This document shows, piece after piece, positions 44,379 to 58,060 of a DNA stretch of 64,000 bases (position 1 is the first letter of the stretch; the number at the start of each line of letters is the position of its first letter). The stretch spans positions 1-64,000 of the forward strand of contig CBFFRP010000303.1 of the NCBI GenBank assembly GCA_965644295.1. The letters run 5' to 3'. The DNA comes from Paraphysomonas bandaiensis (taxonomy: Eukaryota; Protista; Chrysophyceae). The notes below the pieces were generated by a model that saw only the letters and a program-made list of their open reading frames with translations, had not been told where the DNA came from and did not search any database. A program made the position numbers and the translations under genes.

Positions 44379-46936
44379 ATGAGGGCAATAGATTCTATCA
44401 GCAGAGACCTATCCGAACCCCGGAGCACTCCTCATTTAGTGTTCTTCATCAAGGGGGAGAAGCATGCGGGGAAATCGACCCTCATGAACGCTCTCTTCTG
44501 TCGTAACTTTATAAGGAGACCAGAGGGGGTTGAGGAGCCACAGGCTGTGACAGTGTGTAATGATGAAACTGGTCAACCGACTGTAAAGTATGAATATCGG
44601 AATATAAGGGTGGGCCATAGTATACTTGACGGGCTGTTCTCTGTTAATCGTAAGGTGGAGTACACCTTCATTGACACTACTTCAGCTACTCGTGAATGGT
44701 AAATGGACACTCTTTTCGCCTATCTGTTGTTTGATTGTATTCGTGTCTTTTCAGGTTTGAAACCAACACGAAACTATGTAATGCTGTGATCCTTGTTGTC
44801 GACAAAGATAAACTCAGTTGTGATTTATCCCGCCAGCAGTTGCTAGATTCCACCCTGCATGACCTTGCTGAGGTCTACAAAAGCACTGGGTTTACTCTCC
44901 CTCTTATTATAATAGTGAATAAGGTAAAATTCATGCAATGCCAGTCGGATTTCACTAACCATTAGACACAGGTGGATGACTGTGACGATACCGAAGATCT
45001 GGAGCGAATTAAAGAATTCCAGCGGTTTGTATCAGATACAGTGAAACGCAGTGATCATTCTGACCAGTCGGTTGGATTCGCTTTCATGTCAGCTCTCGAT
45101 GCCTATCTGTACCGGTATTGTTTCCTAGTATTCTGTCACTATCATTTACTGTAGCCTTGCAGAACTTTCACTCTTACAGGAACCTTTGAGAGATTTGATA
45201 CCAGGGACGTGTTGAGGTTGTGTGGAATGGAACTTGGGGCAGAAGGAAAGGCGCAAGCCCGAGAACACAAGAACTATCCGGAGTTAGAGGAAGCTCTCAG
45301 AGGGCGCGCATTATCTGAGACAGGCAATCAACGATGGAAACTTCACTGTGGTGTAGATCGGTTAATGGCAACGTTCGATGAATTAATTTTGGCGGAGGTA
45401 AATATTTTAGCTGTCATATTGAAGCTTTTCATTTTCTTTATTGCAGCAATGTATGTTTTGCATGCTGGAGAAACAGGTTTCTTTACACCTAGAACTTTTC
45501 AGCAATCCTTCTCTTTCGTCAAACTGCTCCTCTATTGCTCGCAACATATGGAGTTTTCCTGTAGCCAGGAAATCTTTAGCGATTGTAACGCAGACTCCTC
45601 CACGCAACACAAAATGCTCAGCTGATAAGTGGCTCATGCAGATGCGCAATGCACTGGATATACACAATCAGTATGCCTCAGTGTTCAGTTGTGACCCCAA
45701 TGATGCGACATGCTTTTCCTATCGCCAACGAATATGCCAGTTCTGCAAGGAGCGCTACAGAGAGTGTCTGGATGGGTATATTGAAGCCGTATTTTTGTCT
45801 ACGGAAAATATGACTTGTGTGTCAGACTCAATAGTAATGTTAGTTAAACACGAGCAGTCTACGGAAAGTATGACTTGTGCATCAGATTTAATAAGGGAGT
45901 TAGTGAAACATGAGCAGAGAGACTTCGAAAACTTATTTAGTGCAGAGGATTGGGAAGAGATACGCAGTCAGAGTATGTTACATATTATAAAGCTGGTGTG
46001 GACTGGTATATTGAGAGATGGAGTCTCTTCGGTTTCAGAGAGTGCTAGTTTCGGACATGAAAGGATAGTGAATGCAGCTCATGTCACTATCGGAATGATG
46101 AAGTCGGGCATGAAGTTCCCTACCATGAAGAAAGTGATTCAGTCTATACTAGCCCCTTTTATTGCTGAGATGTCCACAGCCATTGCTATAGCACGAATGA
46201 ATGGTAACGGCGAGGTAATTGACTTAGCTGATAGTTCAAGTGAAGACGAAAGGCGACCTGCATTCCTTCCCATCAGGTTCGGGCAGGGAGGAAGGGAAGA
46301 CACCGTATTGACATACCTTGAGAAGGTGATTCTTTCTGCGATTTCAGTAGAAGGCTGCTCTGAAGCGAAAATGGCATTCCTTGATGCCATGATACGGAAA
46401 AAGATTTCCATCCGTCAACATATTGCGGGATACACGGTGTGTTTGAGAGAGCTTCTTAATAATTATCGGTCAGCAAGGGAGAAGTTTTTTTCATTATTCT
46501 TTCCAGTGTTGCATGAACCCATCCCTCTCTGTGATATGGAATGGGGTACCAAACTGCCACGGGAACTGAATTATAAAACAGATATTCTTGGTAATTCTTT
46601 GCTTACAAGCGAAACAGTTTTAGTGGAAAGCATATGTTCTGGACAGGCATTGTCTTCCTCGGCACAAAGCTGTGATGCCACTGAGCATACAGTACCTAAT
46701 CAACTGCATAGCAATGGTTCTACGACTACAGAGTCATCGCTGCCAAAGCGCAGGAGAATGAACTCGCCACAGACGGTGTGTATATATAACCTGTTTGACA
46801 GTGTGATGATTTTCCGCATTTTCAGGTACATAATGACGACTCGCCAAGCACATATTCGAGTGAACCGAATACACAATCAAGACGAACAGCGACCCCGTCA
46901 AGAATGCGTATAATCAGGAAATTTGGTGAATGCTAA
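44379..46936 (+). CDS. Multi-exon P-loop GTPase (TRAFAC/dynamin-like G domain) with a long helical C-terminal region
   Basis: G1 GEKHAGKSTLMNALF, G3-like FIDT, G4 NK|VD across an intron. Confidence 0.65.
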
Positions 46937-47540
46937 TTTTAGTTAAGTACACATCTCCGTAATATAACAGGCACGATTTATCGACAAGTACACAGACAAA
47001 GCATCGCTCTTGCTGATTGTAATATGAACTCTAATATAGTGTAGCCAATATATACCTGATACCAGTGATATTAATAGTCATACATTCGCGTTGACGTGAA
47101 ATAGTATATGTGCAGTGATGTCCATCTAAGGTGCATAATTGTACAAGTGCATAATTAGTATCCTAGTATTTGGTTTGGTACAGTATTTACTTCGAACACG
47201 TGCATAAGCAACATACAATTTACGAAAACGTTGCGATCAAATGTACACAAGTGTTGTATAAATTGCACATATTGAAGTCGGTGTGAAGTTTTCAGCATAT
47301 TTTAGTAGAAGATTGCTCTTGTGGAAGTGCCCAAAATTGTACCTGTGATTCCACATGTAGCAAAATTGGGTATGACAAGTATGGGTGATTTAGGAGGTTG
47401 TTATGGCTGAAGAAAAGATGAAATGATGTAGGTTGTAGTATGAGATGAGATGTAGATGGTAGTTATGATTAGATTAGAAGGTACGAGTATTAAGGCCAGA
47501 TATAGGGTTGGAGTGTACCGGAACTACCCGTATATACGGA

Positions 47541-47937
47541 TGTAACGGACGTTTATGGTAACCCGTACAGTATTATGATGGTATACGTAGGTATTCTGTA
47601 GGATGATATAGGAGTAGATAGCAGGATGTTAAGGGATTTCTAGATGATTATTTTTGGAAGTAGAAAACTAGCTATTTATGGCTGGGAAACCACGTCTAGA
47701 ATTAACTATGGGGATATAGGTAGAAGGATATGGAGTTTTATATGTAATAGTGGAAGTTGATATCGTAGTTGAGTTGAAAGTTAAGAAGTAGCGAAGTAAA
47801 GAGTAAGAAGAGGAAGTTAAGTGAAGAGTGTTGTGAGAAGACTATCCTACCCCACATCACCTGTGCACATGGACAGGGATGATAAGACCAGCAATGTTAG
47901 TCATGATAGCGAGGCTCAATCACCCGTAGTCGTTACA
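47541..47937. mobile_element. Possible solo LTR (TGTAACG...CGTTACA)
   Basis: 7-bp terminal inverted repeat with TG..CA ends; shares TACAGTATTATGATGGTATACGT with 40976-40998; no matching TSD. Confidence 0.4.
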
Positions 47938-47980
47938 CACATTTCTAAAATGATAGGATGGTAAAAACTTGATGCACTGA

Positions 47981-48276
47981 CCCTCAACAAAGTCGGACTC
48001 GCACAAAGGGGGATAAGTACCGAACATGTTTCTCCGGGAAGTGGGCCCACCTCAAGGGCATCCGGGGTATTACTGCCTACACAAGGACTCGAAAAACATT
48101 AAGTCAGCAGACGTCAGGTATATCAACATATCAACATTCTGCTGCTTGCTCGCGGCGTTTGCTTTGAGAAAGTGGTTGCACCTTGGTGCTTGCGGCAACG
48201 CGCAATAAACTTCCGTGTAGTGTTAAATACAGTTGTAGGATATCAGCACTTGTTCTAGTTAGTTACAGGTAGAGAC
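47981..48276 (+). mobile_element. Short retroposon copy 4 (internally deleted)
   Basis: Starts CCCTCAACAAAGTCGGACTCGCA; deletions remove P3/L3 and the segment between two CCGGGAA repeats. Confidence 0.8.
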
Positions 48277-49659
48277 AAACTAAAAATCACTTTGCAGTCG
48301 TATTGTATGTTGTTGTTATAAAATGCAGTTGCCTTTCTTGTTTTGAAACTCCTATGTCTGTATTCGTTTAATTAAGCAACACAATAAGCGATAAGCTGGT
48401 ATTAGAACACATAGCACAAGTGTTCTTGAGAACGTGAATGAAAATAACAAAAATGCAGCCGTGATGATGTCAGGTGGCAACGAAGCCTCACTTTCGCGGA
48501 CAGAAAAGGATCATATTAAAATATTTTTTCTCGGTGAGAAATAAGAATCTGATAATGATCACAAAGAGGATCTAGTTTAGAATGTCAACACAGCGCAGCG
48601 TCGAATTGATAGTAACAGGCAGCAGAAGCGAGAACGACTTTACAAACTCGATACAGAAACATGTAGCACTTGCATGTTGCAATCTATGAGGCTGAAAATT
48701 GAAAATAATATTGTGTTCTATAGTTTAGCACAACAAAAGGCGGAGAATTCAAAACAAACAACATTGAAGTATACTCTTGCTACTTCATGTTTCTTTCAAT
48801 AATTTTGTTTTTTGCTTTACTTGCTTAATAAAGTAAACAATATATATATATATGCAAACGTGGAGAAAAAAAACACGTTTTTTACGTGCACTTCTTTTGT
48901 TAAAACAGCTAGTTACTAGAGTCCTTATAAATAGTTCTCTGCATTTGTATTGATATATTATTGACTAATATTGAAAATTAATATTATTTTCAGTATAAAA
49001 ATGAGCTCAACTAACCGTTTGATTGCTCAACTAGTTGTAGCTAGTCTTTTTGTATAAACTTAAAACCACATAATTATTGAATAGAAGAGCAACAAACATA
49101 CAATGCACACTCTACTCTACATAACATTCTGCAGAAATTTTTTTGTTCTTCTCCGTCCGGTTCTCAAGTTCGAGGCACTGGATTAGCAAGAGATTATGTG
49201 ATGTTATAATTTGGTTATTACAAGTTACAAATATTTATATACACAAAATATGCTCTTTAACTGATACTATTTATTCAGAATATTTGTTTGTGTATTGCAT
49301 AATGAAACACATTAATAGATATGTAATTAATTGGAATGTAGTAGTTACTAAATACTACGAAATATTCAGATAGCTTAACAGTAACGACATTGATTAAATA
49401 TATAGCACTGATATTTTATTTCCTTTCCCTGACGTAGTGGTGGGGTGTCGTACAAGGAATAACTATATACTTATGATTAAAGAGCTTGAACTGTATACTA
49501 TATACTTGTAGTCGGTGACTTTTATTGCTATAAAAATGAATTTGTATGTAAGTTGTAAAAAATATTAGAAATAATATTCTTCACATTGTTAAAATCTTCA
49601 TAGTTTCTTTTTGTGCATAGCTATACCCTTTTCCGACGTCATCGAATACAAACAACACT

Positions 49660-52600
49660 CTAAAATAAATTACACCTACTGCTGATGCTACGTTTTTCAG
49701 TTTCGTTGAGTACTTTTATCGTTCCGCTTCTGTCACATGTCTCTTTATGAGTGGGAAGCGCTTTCTCTGCGTGAGAAAAGTAATCGCCGGCAAGTGATCT
49801 CAATCTTGCGATTGTCCTAGGATCACCGCCCTGCGTAGCGCGATAGTCAGCTTGTTCCTGCATTATCACACCCGAAATAAAATCAACAATGTGCATGTAC
49901 TTGACTCTGGGCTCTAAGCGCTCTACATCTTCAACCATAAACTCAAACTGCTTGTTACTACGCATTAAGTATATCACATATTTCAATATCCGAAACGTAC
50001 CCCATAAGGAGACTTTTCTTCAAGGAACTGGTTCAGTACCGTAGGCTTCAGGGAAAGACACATCACCGACAAAAATGATTGCACAACACCCTACATTTCA
50101 TTTATAACATCTAATATATTCTATGGCGGCAGACCTTTAGGAAAGATGGCACCCTTCTAATTCTATGTAGGTGATCCTCGTTTCCGTCGATAGCACATTT
50201 ACCAAATCTCTGGATTAAACCCACCGCAACTCGCTCTGTCCAGAAGGCCTCACTGTTACTGTGCCTCCCAACAATAAGATTTAAAAACTGCGTAAGCAAC
50301 ATAAAAATTCCTTGCTGGCTTGAGGATCGTTCACTCTTCATCCATCGTCGCTGGAAATCACGCGCTATGTTCTTCAGAGTCCTCACAACCATTTGCAGCA
50401 ACAGTGCAGTTCTAATAGAAGCAGTTGAATTAGAGGCGGGAATGTTGCTTCTCACAAGTCCCATATGGCGTATATTTACCCCTCGGGCATGAAAGAAAAC
50501 CGGTATATCCAGTGCAATTACCTCACGCTGGCGCATTTTCGCTAGAACATTGGCGAGAGCTGGTATGATCTCCCGTACTAGTCGTTCCGTAGCACGTATT
50601 ACCTCACGATTGCGATCAACACCTTCCGGATCATAGTTGGAAAAAGCAGTGAGAGCATCCGGAGATAAAGGAGTGGGGGAGAGAATATGAGTATCATTTC
50701 CACATCTTGAGTGAGGAGGGGTGCTGACATAAGAATCTGTGTTCCCCATAGCTGTCTGTTCTTCACCATACAGGTCTCGAACAGCAGCGTCGATGTACTC
50801 CTTCTTCCGCTTCTGAGTGTCAATGAAATCAGCGTATTCCTCATAGCCATCGACATTTTCACGTACAGCCTCCACGTCGAAGTGATTATATCTGTTCACA
50901 TATTCTACAATTTCCTGGAAATTCTTGGTCTCAAACTGAGAGTTGCGACGCATCCTGAGCACAGAAGGAGAAACTCCTAGAGCCAGATCTTGCGGGGGGA
51001 GATCCTCCCCAAGATATCCATACCCTGGGGTACTATCTATAGTCTCTTCTTTCATCTCATCCGGTGTGGTGCCAAAATGGTCATACGTCTGACTCCCGTT
51101 AATGGCATTCAATTCCTGATCATCAGATTTCGTTATTGTAGGAGTCGAGTCGAACTCATCATACACCGTCTCTTTCTGTACAGTCTCAAGTTCCTCCTCC
51201 GGTTGTGACTTGTCAAAAACCTCAATCAATTCCTCGAATTCATCATACACAGTCTCGTCAACACAGTCTATTGCAGTGTCTGTGTGACTCTTGTTTTGTG
51301 GTTGCACCCCTGAGGAGGGTATCGCATTGGTAGTCGATATCTGGTCGACAGCTGGCAATGGACTGCTATGCATAGGAGAATGGATACTGGTCCTCTCTCT
51401 TTCGCTCGGAACGACAGCATCAGAGCTCAATGGATTGATATCTTCTGCGCGGAGGGGAACCAGATCCACTCCGCGCCCGTGGACATACTCCGGACTAAAT
51501 CATAATATGTAATTGAGGACTACGTATACTCAATACATACCGCAGTAGTCTCCAAAATATCGACAGTGACCGACTCTTAATATCCGATGCCGGTACGCGG
51601 TGAATGATAGTTCCATCCGCAAAAAGTATATCATAGTAATCTCCATGAGAGCATGCTCTATGGACAGTACCTTTTATGTATGTAGCTCCTCCAGTCTCGG
51701 AATCCAGCATCCGTACCTGCACGATAGATCCATCTTCGTATATATCATCCAGGTGTCGCGTACAGCTAGGGGCTTCCGGTGGAAAGGTACGTGAGAGGTC
51801 CAGAAGGTATATTCGGTTGTCCATGCCAATGTGACCCTCTGATCACAACATCAAACATGACGAATAAAAAAACTTGAGGTACCTATATCTACAGCGGCAT
51901 GTAGTTCCGTAAGGTGCCCCGGGGGGCCCACTGAGTGCGCTCTCAAATTCAGTGCCGCTGCTGCTCTTTCCATCGCCGAATTAACTCCTGGATGTGATTT
52001 GTGAATTACCCTGCCTCCGTCTGCGCTGCCGTAAACTAGACTATTATTTCCAAGAGGAAGAAACGCCTGAGCTGTCATGCGGAAACCTTTGTAGTCTATC
52101 AACGCCATCAGAGGTAAGTGCAACTCTCTCACGCCAGCATTATAATAGTGGATAGATCCTTTGAGATCATGACCTGCCGCCTTTGCTGCTGCTTCATCCG
52201 AGCCATTATATGGGCCAGTAGCTCCATCCGCCATCTTAAACAATATTCCTCGCCACAGGTACTTCTACAGAGAATGGAAGAAATAAAAGATAATCACACA
52301 AGAAACTTCTTACCTCCCCTCCAGCGATGCCACCCATGTTCTTTGCAACAATGCTTTTATCCTTAATATGTAAGAAGTACTCGGATATTATGGTTTGAGC
52401 GTATGTCGTGGCAGTGTGTACGAAGTCGTGGTTGAGAGTATACAATTCGGCATACTTGATTGACCGCTCAAGGTCGGTGTTCTCGGGCATATCCATGATC
52501 CTCTGGAACCGCTGATTCCAGTTATCACCAGCATCATTGACAGTGAGTTTCTTCTGCCCAGAAAACAACAACCTATCAATCTCACAGTATCGCTGATGAG

Positions 52601-52928
52601 AGACCTTCTGTCTGACCTCCGCCGCCGCCTCTCCCTGTGTACATGTGTCGCAGTGCATCACCAGCAGTGTCCCATCCTCCTGTATCACTGGATGAGTGCT
52701 CCTGTGTTTCTTGCAGTTTGATTCCTGCTTTAGAGCACCGACTAGCAGACGAGCTGTGCGACTCCGCCATGCAGATTGTAGAGCAATAGCGTATTTCCTA
52801 GCGAGAGCTTCGTCTATATCCAGCACCACCTCATGGCCCTCCTGCTGCTCCTCCTGGACAGAGCTGAAAGAGCTCACCACAAACTTAGAGATGCGATTGT
52901 TGTAGCCAGCCTTCCTTGTGGTCTGCAT
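49660..52928 (-). CDS. CLU (clustered mitochondria) domain protein with an IQ-like motif, multi-exon
   Basis: WNQRFQ, DFVHTATTYAQTII, GGIAGG, AAGHDLKG, PLMALIDYKGFR, YGSADG, DNRIYLLDLSRTFPPE, HARGVNIRHMG. Confidence 0.9.
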
Positions 52929-53456
52929 GAGTGTTTTGTTCGATCAACACTGTCTCGATCTGTGTGTGTGTGTGTGTTGACAAGAATGAGGTGACGAGTC
53001 GGATATACGGCACAGTATCTCCCTCCACACCGTGTGTATATGTACAGCACACATACTGCTGTATCTGGATCTCATGTACAGAGTGAGTGTACAGCACTCG
53101 TATGGGCATCCTTTGTGTATTTTTGTTCCAAGATGCCTCTAATATTGAGACAACAATTACCTGCATTCCAGACGTAGTTTTATAGCAGTAATATAGAGTA
53201 TTATTGCTTCAATTTATTTCCGAAAAATAGATGCTGACTGCCCATACGACTATACACAAGACAGCAGTGTGTGTGTCTATAGAGTACAGCAGTATACAGC
53301 AGTATGCAGCCCACGTCTCTCTTCCTTCCAGCCCCATATACACACACATACACAGCCTTAAGCTCGTAGAGTTAGAGTTGAGGGCTTAAGTTTGATTGTA
53401 ATCCATCACTCGTTATTCTTATCAGCTTGTGCTCGATTAGGGTTAGAGAGCACGCT

Positions 53457-54298
53457 ATGATGTCGGATGACATGTCTCACACGATGAAGGAGAATGCTCT
53501 GCTAGATGAGCTCAAGAGAGAGGCCGGTCAGACCTCTGTCGCCTTATATCTAACGTATCTTAACAGATGAAGTATAGGAATTAGTTACTTTGACAGTGGC
53601 GACTCTACAGAGCTGGAGACCGTTCATACAGCAGACGATACCGCAGCAGTCGAAGCTGATGACAATAAACGAAAGGGAAAATCTCGGCGGCTGTCAGTGA
53701 AAGATGTGGCCGACGAGTTCCGGTGTCGCTCTCAAGTTGAGCCCGTGCCAGATAGGCCATATGCGCGGCTTTTACTTGCTGACGAGTACGTCGTACATGA
53801 AAGTGTTGTCTGGAAACGATCGGTAAAACGTTCTGCTTATTATACATGTTTCTCATATTAACTATACAGGGGTGGTCGTTTAAGAATAGATACCTAGTAT
53901 TAACCAATAAACCTAGAGTATTTTACACTACTCTGCAGGGCCATTTCAAAGGTCAGATTCCATGGAGTATGACGGAGCCCATAGGAATTACAAAGGTTGG
54001 TTTTGTCTACGGTGGCATACTTATTACTGATGCTGGAGATTAGGTTGATGCCACTCACTTTGACATCACTGTCAGCAACTCATCGAGGGTTTACCACTTT
54101 AATGACAAAGTTAAAGGGTCTGATAAATGGGTAGAAGTTATTTCCGAGGTACCGTTGTGTTGATTATGAAATGCTTTATCTCATGTAATCAAATGCAGCT
54201 CTCTAACGTGTGGAAAGCGTATCTGGAAACAAATGTAAGTTAGACGACAATAGTTAACAAATACTTATGTATTGCAGTCTGCAGGTAGGAAGAAATGA
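53457..54298 (+). CDS. Small PH-domain protein (PDK1-type PH), multi-exon
   Basis: VWKRS|GWSFKNRYLVLTNKPRVFY...KGQIPW...RVYHF...KWVEVI. Confidence 0.75.
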
Positions 54299-54482
54299 AA
54301 ACATATCTCCGAAGACTGCATCTATTTCGTGAATTATATGTTTGCTCTACCTGTATTGTTATTCATCATTATAAATAATTGAAATACTCTCGTTTGATGT
54401 TTCGAAAACTCAAGGTTCTAGTGGTTACTTTGAGTACCCTGTCAGTTTCGACTGAGTTACGAAAAACTCTTGCACAAGTTTC

Positions 54483-55210
54483 CAGGACTGTGTAGAAATT
54501 AATTGTCGATTAATTGACGTTGTAGTCAATTATAATTACAATTATTACTTGCTATCCCAATTACTATAATCTGTAATTGAATTACAATTTTATTTATACT
54601 AAACTATGTACTCAAGTAGCTATACATCAGCTGTCAACATAACTTGTTCAACTGTTATTTCATCCCAGAGGCGGCGATCATTTACCGTCCGGGTAAGTGA
54701 AGCCTTGTTGACACCTTGAACCTTCACGACTGCCTTTTCGAAGCAGCGTTATGAATAATAGTGTTTGCCTTCCTCTTGTAAGGAATTTCAAGTCGTCCCG
54801 TAATTGCACCAGTTCGGCATGCTCTATTTACTTGGAATTTATTAAGATTTATTGATTCACGTATATCCCTTAACGCGTAAATACAACAACATGGTACAAA
54901 GAAATATCAAATGACTGAATAATTACCAGGCTATATGCTATATAAGCAAGATACGAAACTGTACAAGAGTATAAGATACGCTAATATGTGTAGTTCTAAT
55001 GCTCTATTCAACTGCGTCTTGCTAATATACTATTAGACTTTATTCTTCATGTGGAGTTTATATAATGAATCTTTATCTTCTAATTAATACGAAGTGTATC
55101 ATTCATACTATAGACAGACAACATAGAGCATAGATAATTTCAATTTCAATTATTGCAATTTAATATTTGACAAAATTCAAAGAGAATCAAATATTTGATA
55201 CACAGCCCTG
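54483..55210 (-). mobile_element. Non-autonomous hAT element
   Basis: TIRs CAGGACTGTGTA / TACACAGCCCTG; degraded 8-bp TSD CAAGTTTC / CTAATTTC; 54495-54685 is homologous (reverse) to 75-250. Confidence 0.8.
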
Positions 55211-55273
55211 CTAATTTCTAGTTTGAAACTTCAAGGAAGCCATAATTGATTCACACATTCTATGTACTACCTT

Positions 55274-56079
55274 CCTTCAACAATGTCGAACTTGCATCTC
55301 TGCGTCGTGGTGTTTTGGAGGATAAGTACCGGAGATATTTCTCCGGGAAACTAACGTGAGCCGAATATTTATAGTCAGCAGATATTGTTCCGCTTTCTGC
55401 CCACTCATGGCCAAATGTTTGTATGGCACAAGTGAAACTAATAAGTCTCACTTGTGTAGACGTCGTTGAGCTTTGATGAATAAACAGGCATACGGGAATA
55501 GGCCCATCTTAAGAGCATACGGGATATTGGGCTGCCTGCTGCATCCAGGCTGTTCATGTTAAGGTCAGCAGTATCAACGTTTGACATTATACGTGAAGTA
55601 TTAACTTAACAACAGAAGATAAACTTATACTCAATGCTGAGGATAATGAATTACAATCAATATCTCCTATCATTCACCAATTTCATATTGTCTCTACTAC
55701 CACTCATTTCTCGTACGATCTTACTTCGTTACTACAACTTGCATCAACGTCTCTATATTCCGTTTTACCACTATATACTTATCGTCATTCATTCTCACAG
55801 TGCGATTAACAAGAGCACAACTGTATACTACTGTAATTTTTATACCTTACACCTACAGCTTTCAATTGCTCTCATATAGCAGAACTCAACAAGGAGGTGT
55901 CAGGTATATCAACATTCCACTTTGAGTAATAGAGCAAAAGTGATTGCACCTCGGTGCTTGCGGTGACGCACAAGCAGCTTTTGTAACGTTATATAGTAGG
56001 ATATCAGAGTTAAGTACTAGTTAAATTGTTTGGCTACGTTCTGACTCTTACACGCCTATTACTAATAGTAAGACATTCA
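55274..56079 (+). mobile_element. Short retroposon copy 5, interrupted by a solo LTR
   Basis: Head CCTTCAACAATGTCGAAC..., tail ...TAAGACATTCA; colinear with copy 3. Confidence 0.82.
55572..55891 (-). mobile_element. Solo LTR of the element-3 family
   Basis: Right end reverse-complements to TGTTGAGTTCTGCTA..GCAATTGAAAGCTGTA; TSD AGCAG/AGGAG. Confidence 0.8.
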
Positions 56080-56275
56080 CCACTGTACTATTTTGGAATG
56101 TGATGACTAATGACTAATGACACACCATCTAAAAGGTAATTTCAAACTTCGATTTCATACTACACGAATTCTCCTGCATTTAACAGAATCTGATCTTTAA
56201 AATTTCAAATAAATTGATTACTTCATTCATTTCTTCCAAAAGCATACGGTCTTAGCACTAAAAGTCAGAATTCAT

Positions 56276-57731
56276 TTACTTAAGACATTTTTTGAATTCA
56301 GACTCTAAAAAAGCGTTATCAATGTCTTTACCAATAACAATAACTTTGTTTTCTCCACCAGTTGTGTCGTTTTCAGATCCAATACAAAATGACGACGCTT
56401 GTATATCAAATACATCATGAACAGCCTGAAGGATATGGAGGTGGTTATCACCTTTTACATGAAATACTCCTTTCATACGGAATATGCGACACTTTGGTTC
56501 GCTTGTGGAGGAATTCGAAATCGCTCCACTAGCTGCATGTCCTCCAGTCTCACCATCTGCGTCACTGAAGCTGTAGAGAAGTCCATCCAGTAGCACTTTG
56601 AGCATACCTAAATCGAGCTGTCCAGGAAAAGAGAAGCCATGGGTGGAGAGGCTAGATGCAAGGTGAGCAACATCAGACTGATCCTTATGACTATGATCAT
56701 GATCGCCATGACTATGATCATGGGAATGTCCACAACAATTGGCCCCGGCAATAACTGAGGAAACATCAGCAGTGGTGTAGCTCCGTGCATCCAGAACCCA
56801 GTCCGGACTTACATTCGCATAACAAGTTTGTCGGACTTCTGCGGATGAGTTAACGCCACGTACTGCACTTTCCACCACATTCATCTGGGCATGAAAAATA
56901 GAAGCTGAGTAAAGCAATGCCTAATGGGAAAACATGATTCCGCTCAATTACCTGGTCTTGAGACAGGAGATCAGACTTGTTCAGAAGAATGCGATCCGCA
57001 AAAGCTAGCTGCATTTTCACGTCGCTGCTGGTATCTGGGGAGGCCGCACCATACATAAGCCAATCTATTAATAATATTTCCTTTGCATACCTTTATCCGC
57101 CAAGTACTTTAGTATATTGACAGAATCCACAACAGTAACCACGCCATCTAGTTGTAATGCACTCTCCGCCTCCTCGTCTGCCCACAGAGAAGATATAATT
57201 GGTCCTGGATTAGCCACTCCAGTAGTCTCTATTAAGACATAATCGAATCTGTCCTTGTGCAAAACGAGTTGCTCCAGAGTTGCTAGAAGATCATCCTTAA
57301 CAGAACAGCAAATACACCCATTACTGAGCTCAAAGAAGCCTGCGCAATATCATTAAGACAATCACTAAACTGCACATAAACCTACCAGCTATATCTTCTC
57401 CATCAACACCACTTTTAGCAATCATGTTTTCGATTCCTGAGGTAACAGTGTTATCAGCCGCTGTCAAACGCATGCATGCTGAGAAGTCAATACCTAAACC
57501 AGAGCTGAATTCATTCTCTATTATCGCAATTCTCTTTCCATGATTGTGACGAAGGAGATAATTCAATAGTGTTGTTTTCCCTGCAAGACATCAAACAGAG
57601 ACAGCAGTCACGAGAATCCACCCACCACTTCCAAGAAACCCTGTTAAAATAGACACCGGGATACGCTTGGAGACAACGGAATCCACCTCGACGAGTGTCG
57701 GTACATCTTCATCATCGTCCACGAAATCCAT
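56276..57731 (-). CDS. CobW/COG0523 (CBWD/ZNG1-like) zinc metallochaperone GTPase, multi-exon
   Basis: ILTGFLGS|GKTT, IIENEF, GCICCSVK, IETTGVANP, DRILLNKSD, His-rich linker, FRMKG...LQAVH; N-terminal DEDVPTLV. Confidence 0.93.
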
Positions 57732-57849
57732 TCCAGCCTATCAATATGTGAAGAGATGCTGCAGCCGTACAAAGAATAAGAATACTAGAAGATGAATGCG
57801 CAGGCCATGGAATACAATTGTATACCACTGTATAGCATATATATACACT

Positions 57850-57966
57850 GTATGCATGTATGTATGTATGTATGTATGTATGTATGTATGTATGTATGTA
57901 TGTATGTATGTATGTATGTATGTATGTATGTATGTATGCATGTATGTATGTATGTATGTATGTATG
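57850..57966. repeat. (TATG)n microsatellite in a divergent intergenic region
   Basis: About 29 TATG units with two CATG variants. Confidence 0.97.
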
Positions 57967-58060
57967 GCTGGGAGTTGGTCTCTTATATGAAGTGAGGCAT
58001 GTGTGAGGTTTAGAAGTTTCCGCTGCTGAGCGGGTCAATATATAGGATCAAGTTACTCTA

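Noticed and set aside
57712-58038. ORFs with HTYI/MYVC repeats
   Set aside because: Translations of the (TATG)n microsatellite.
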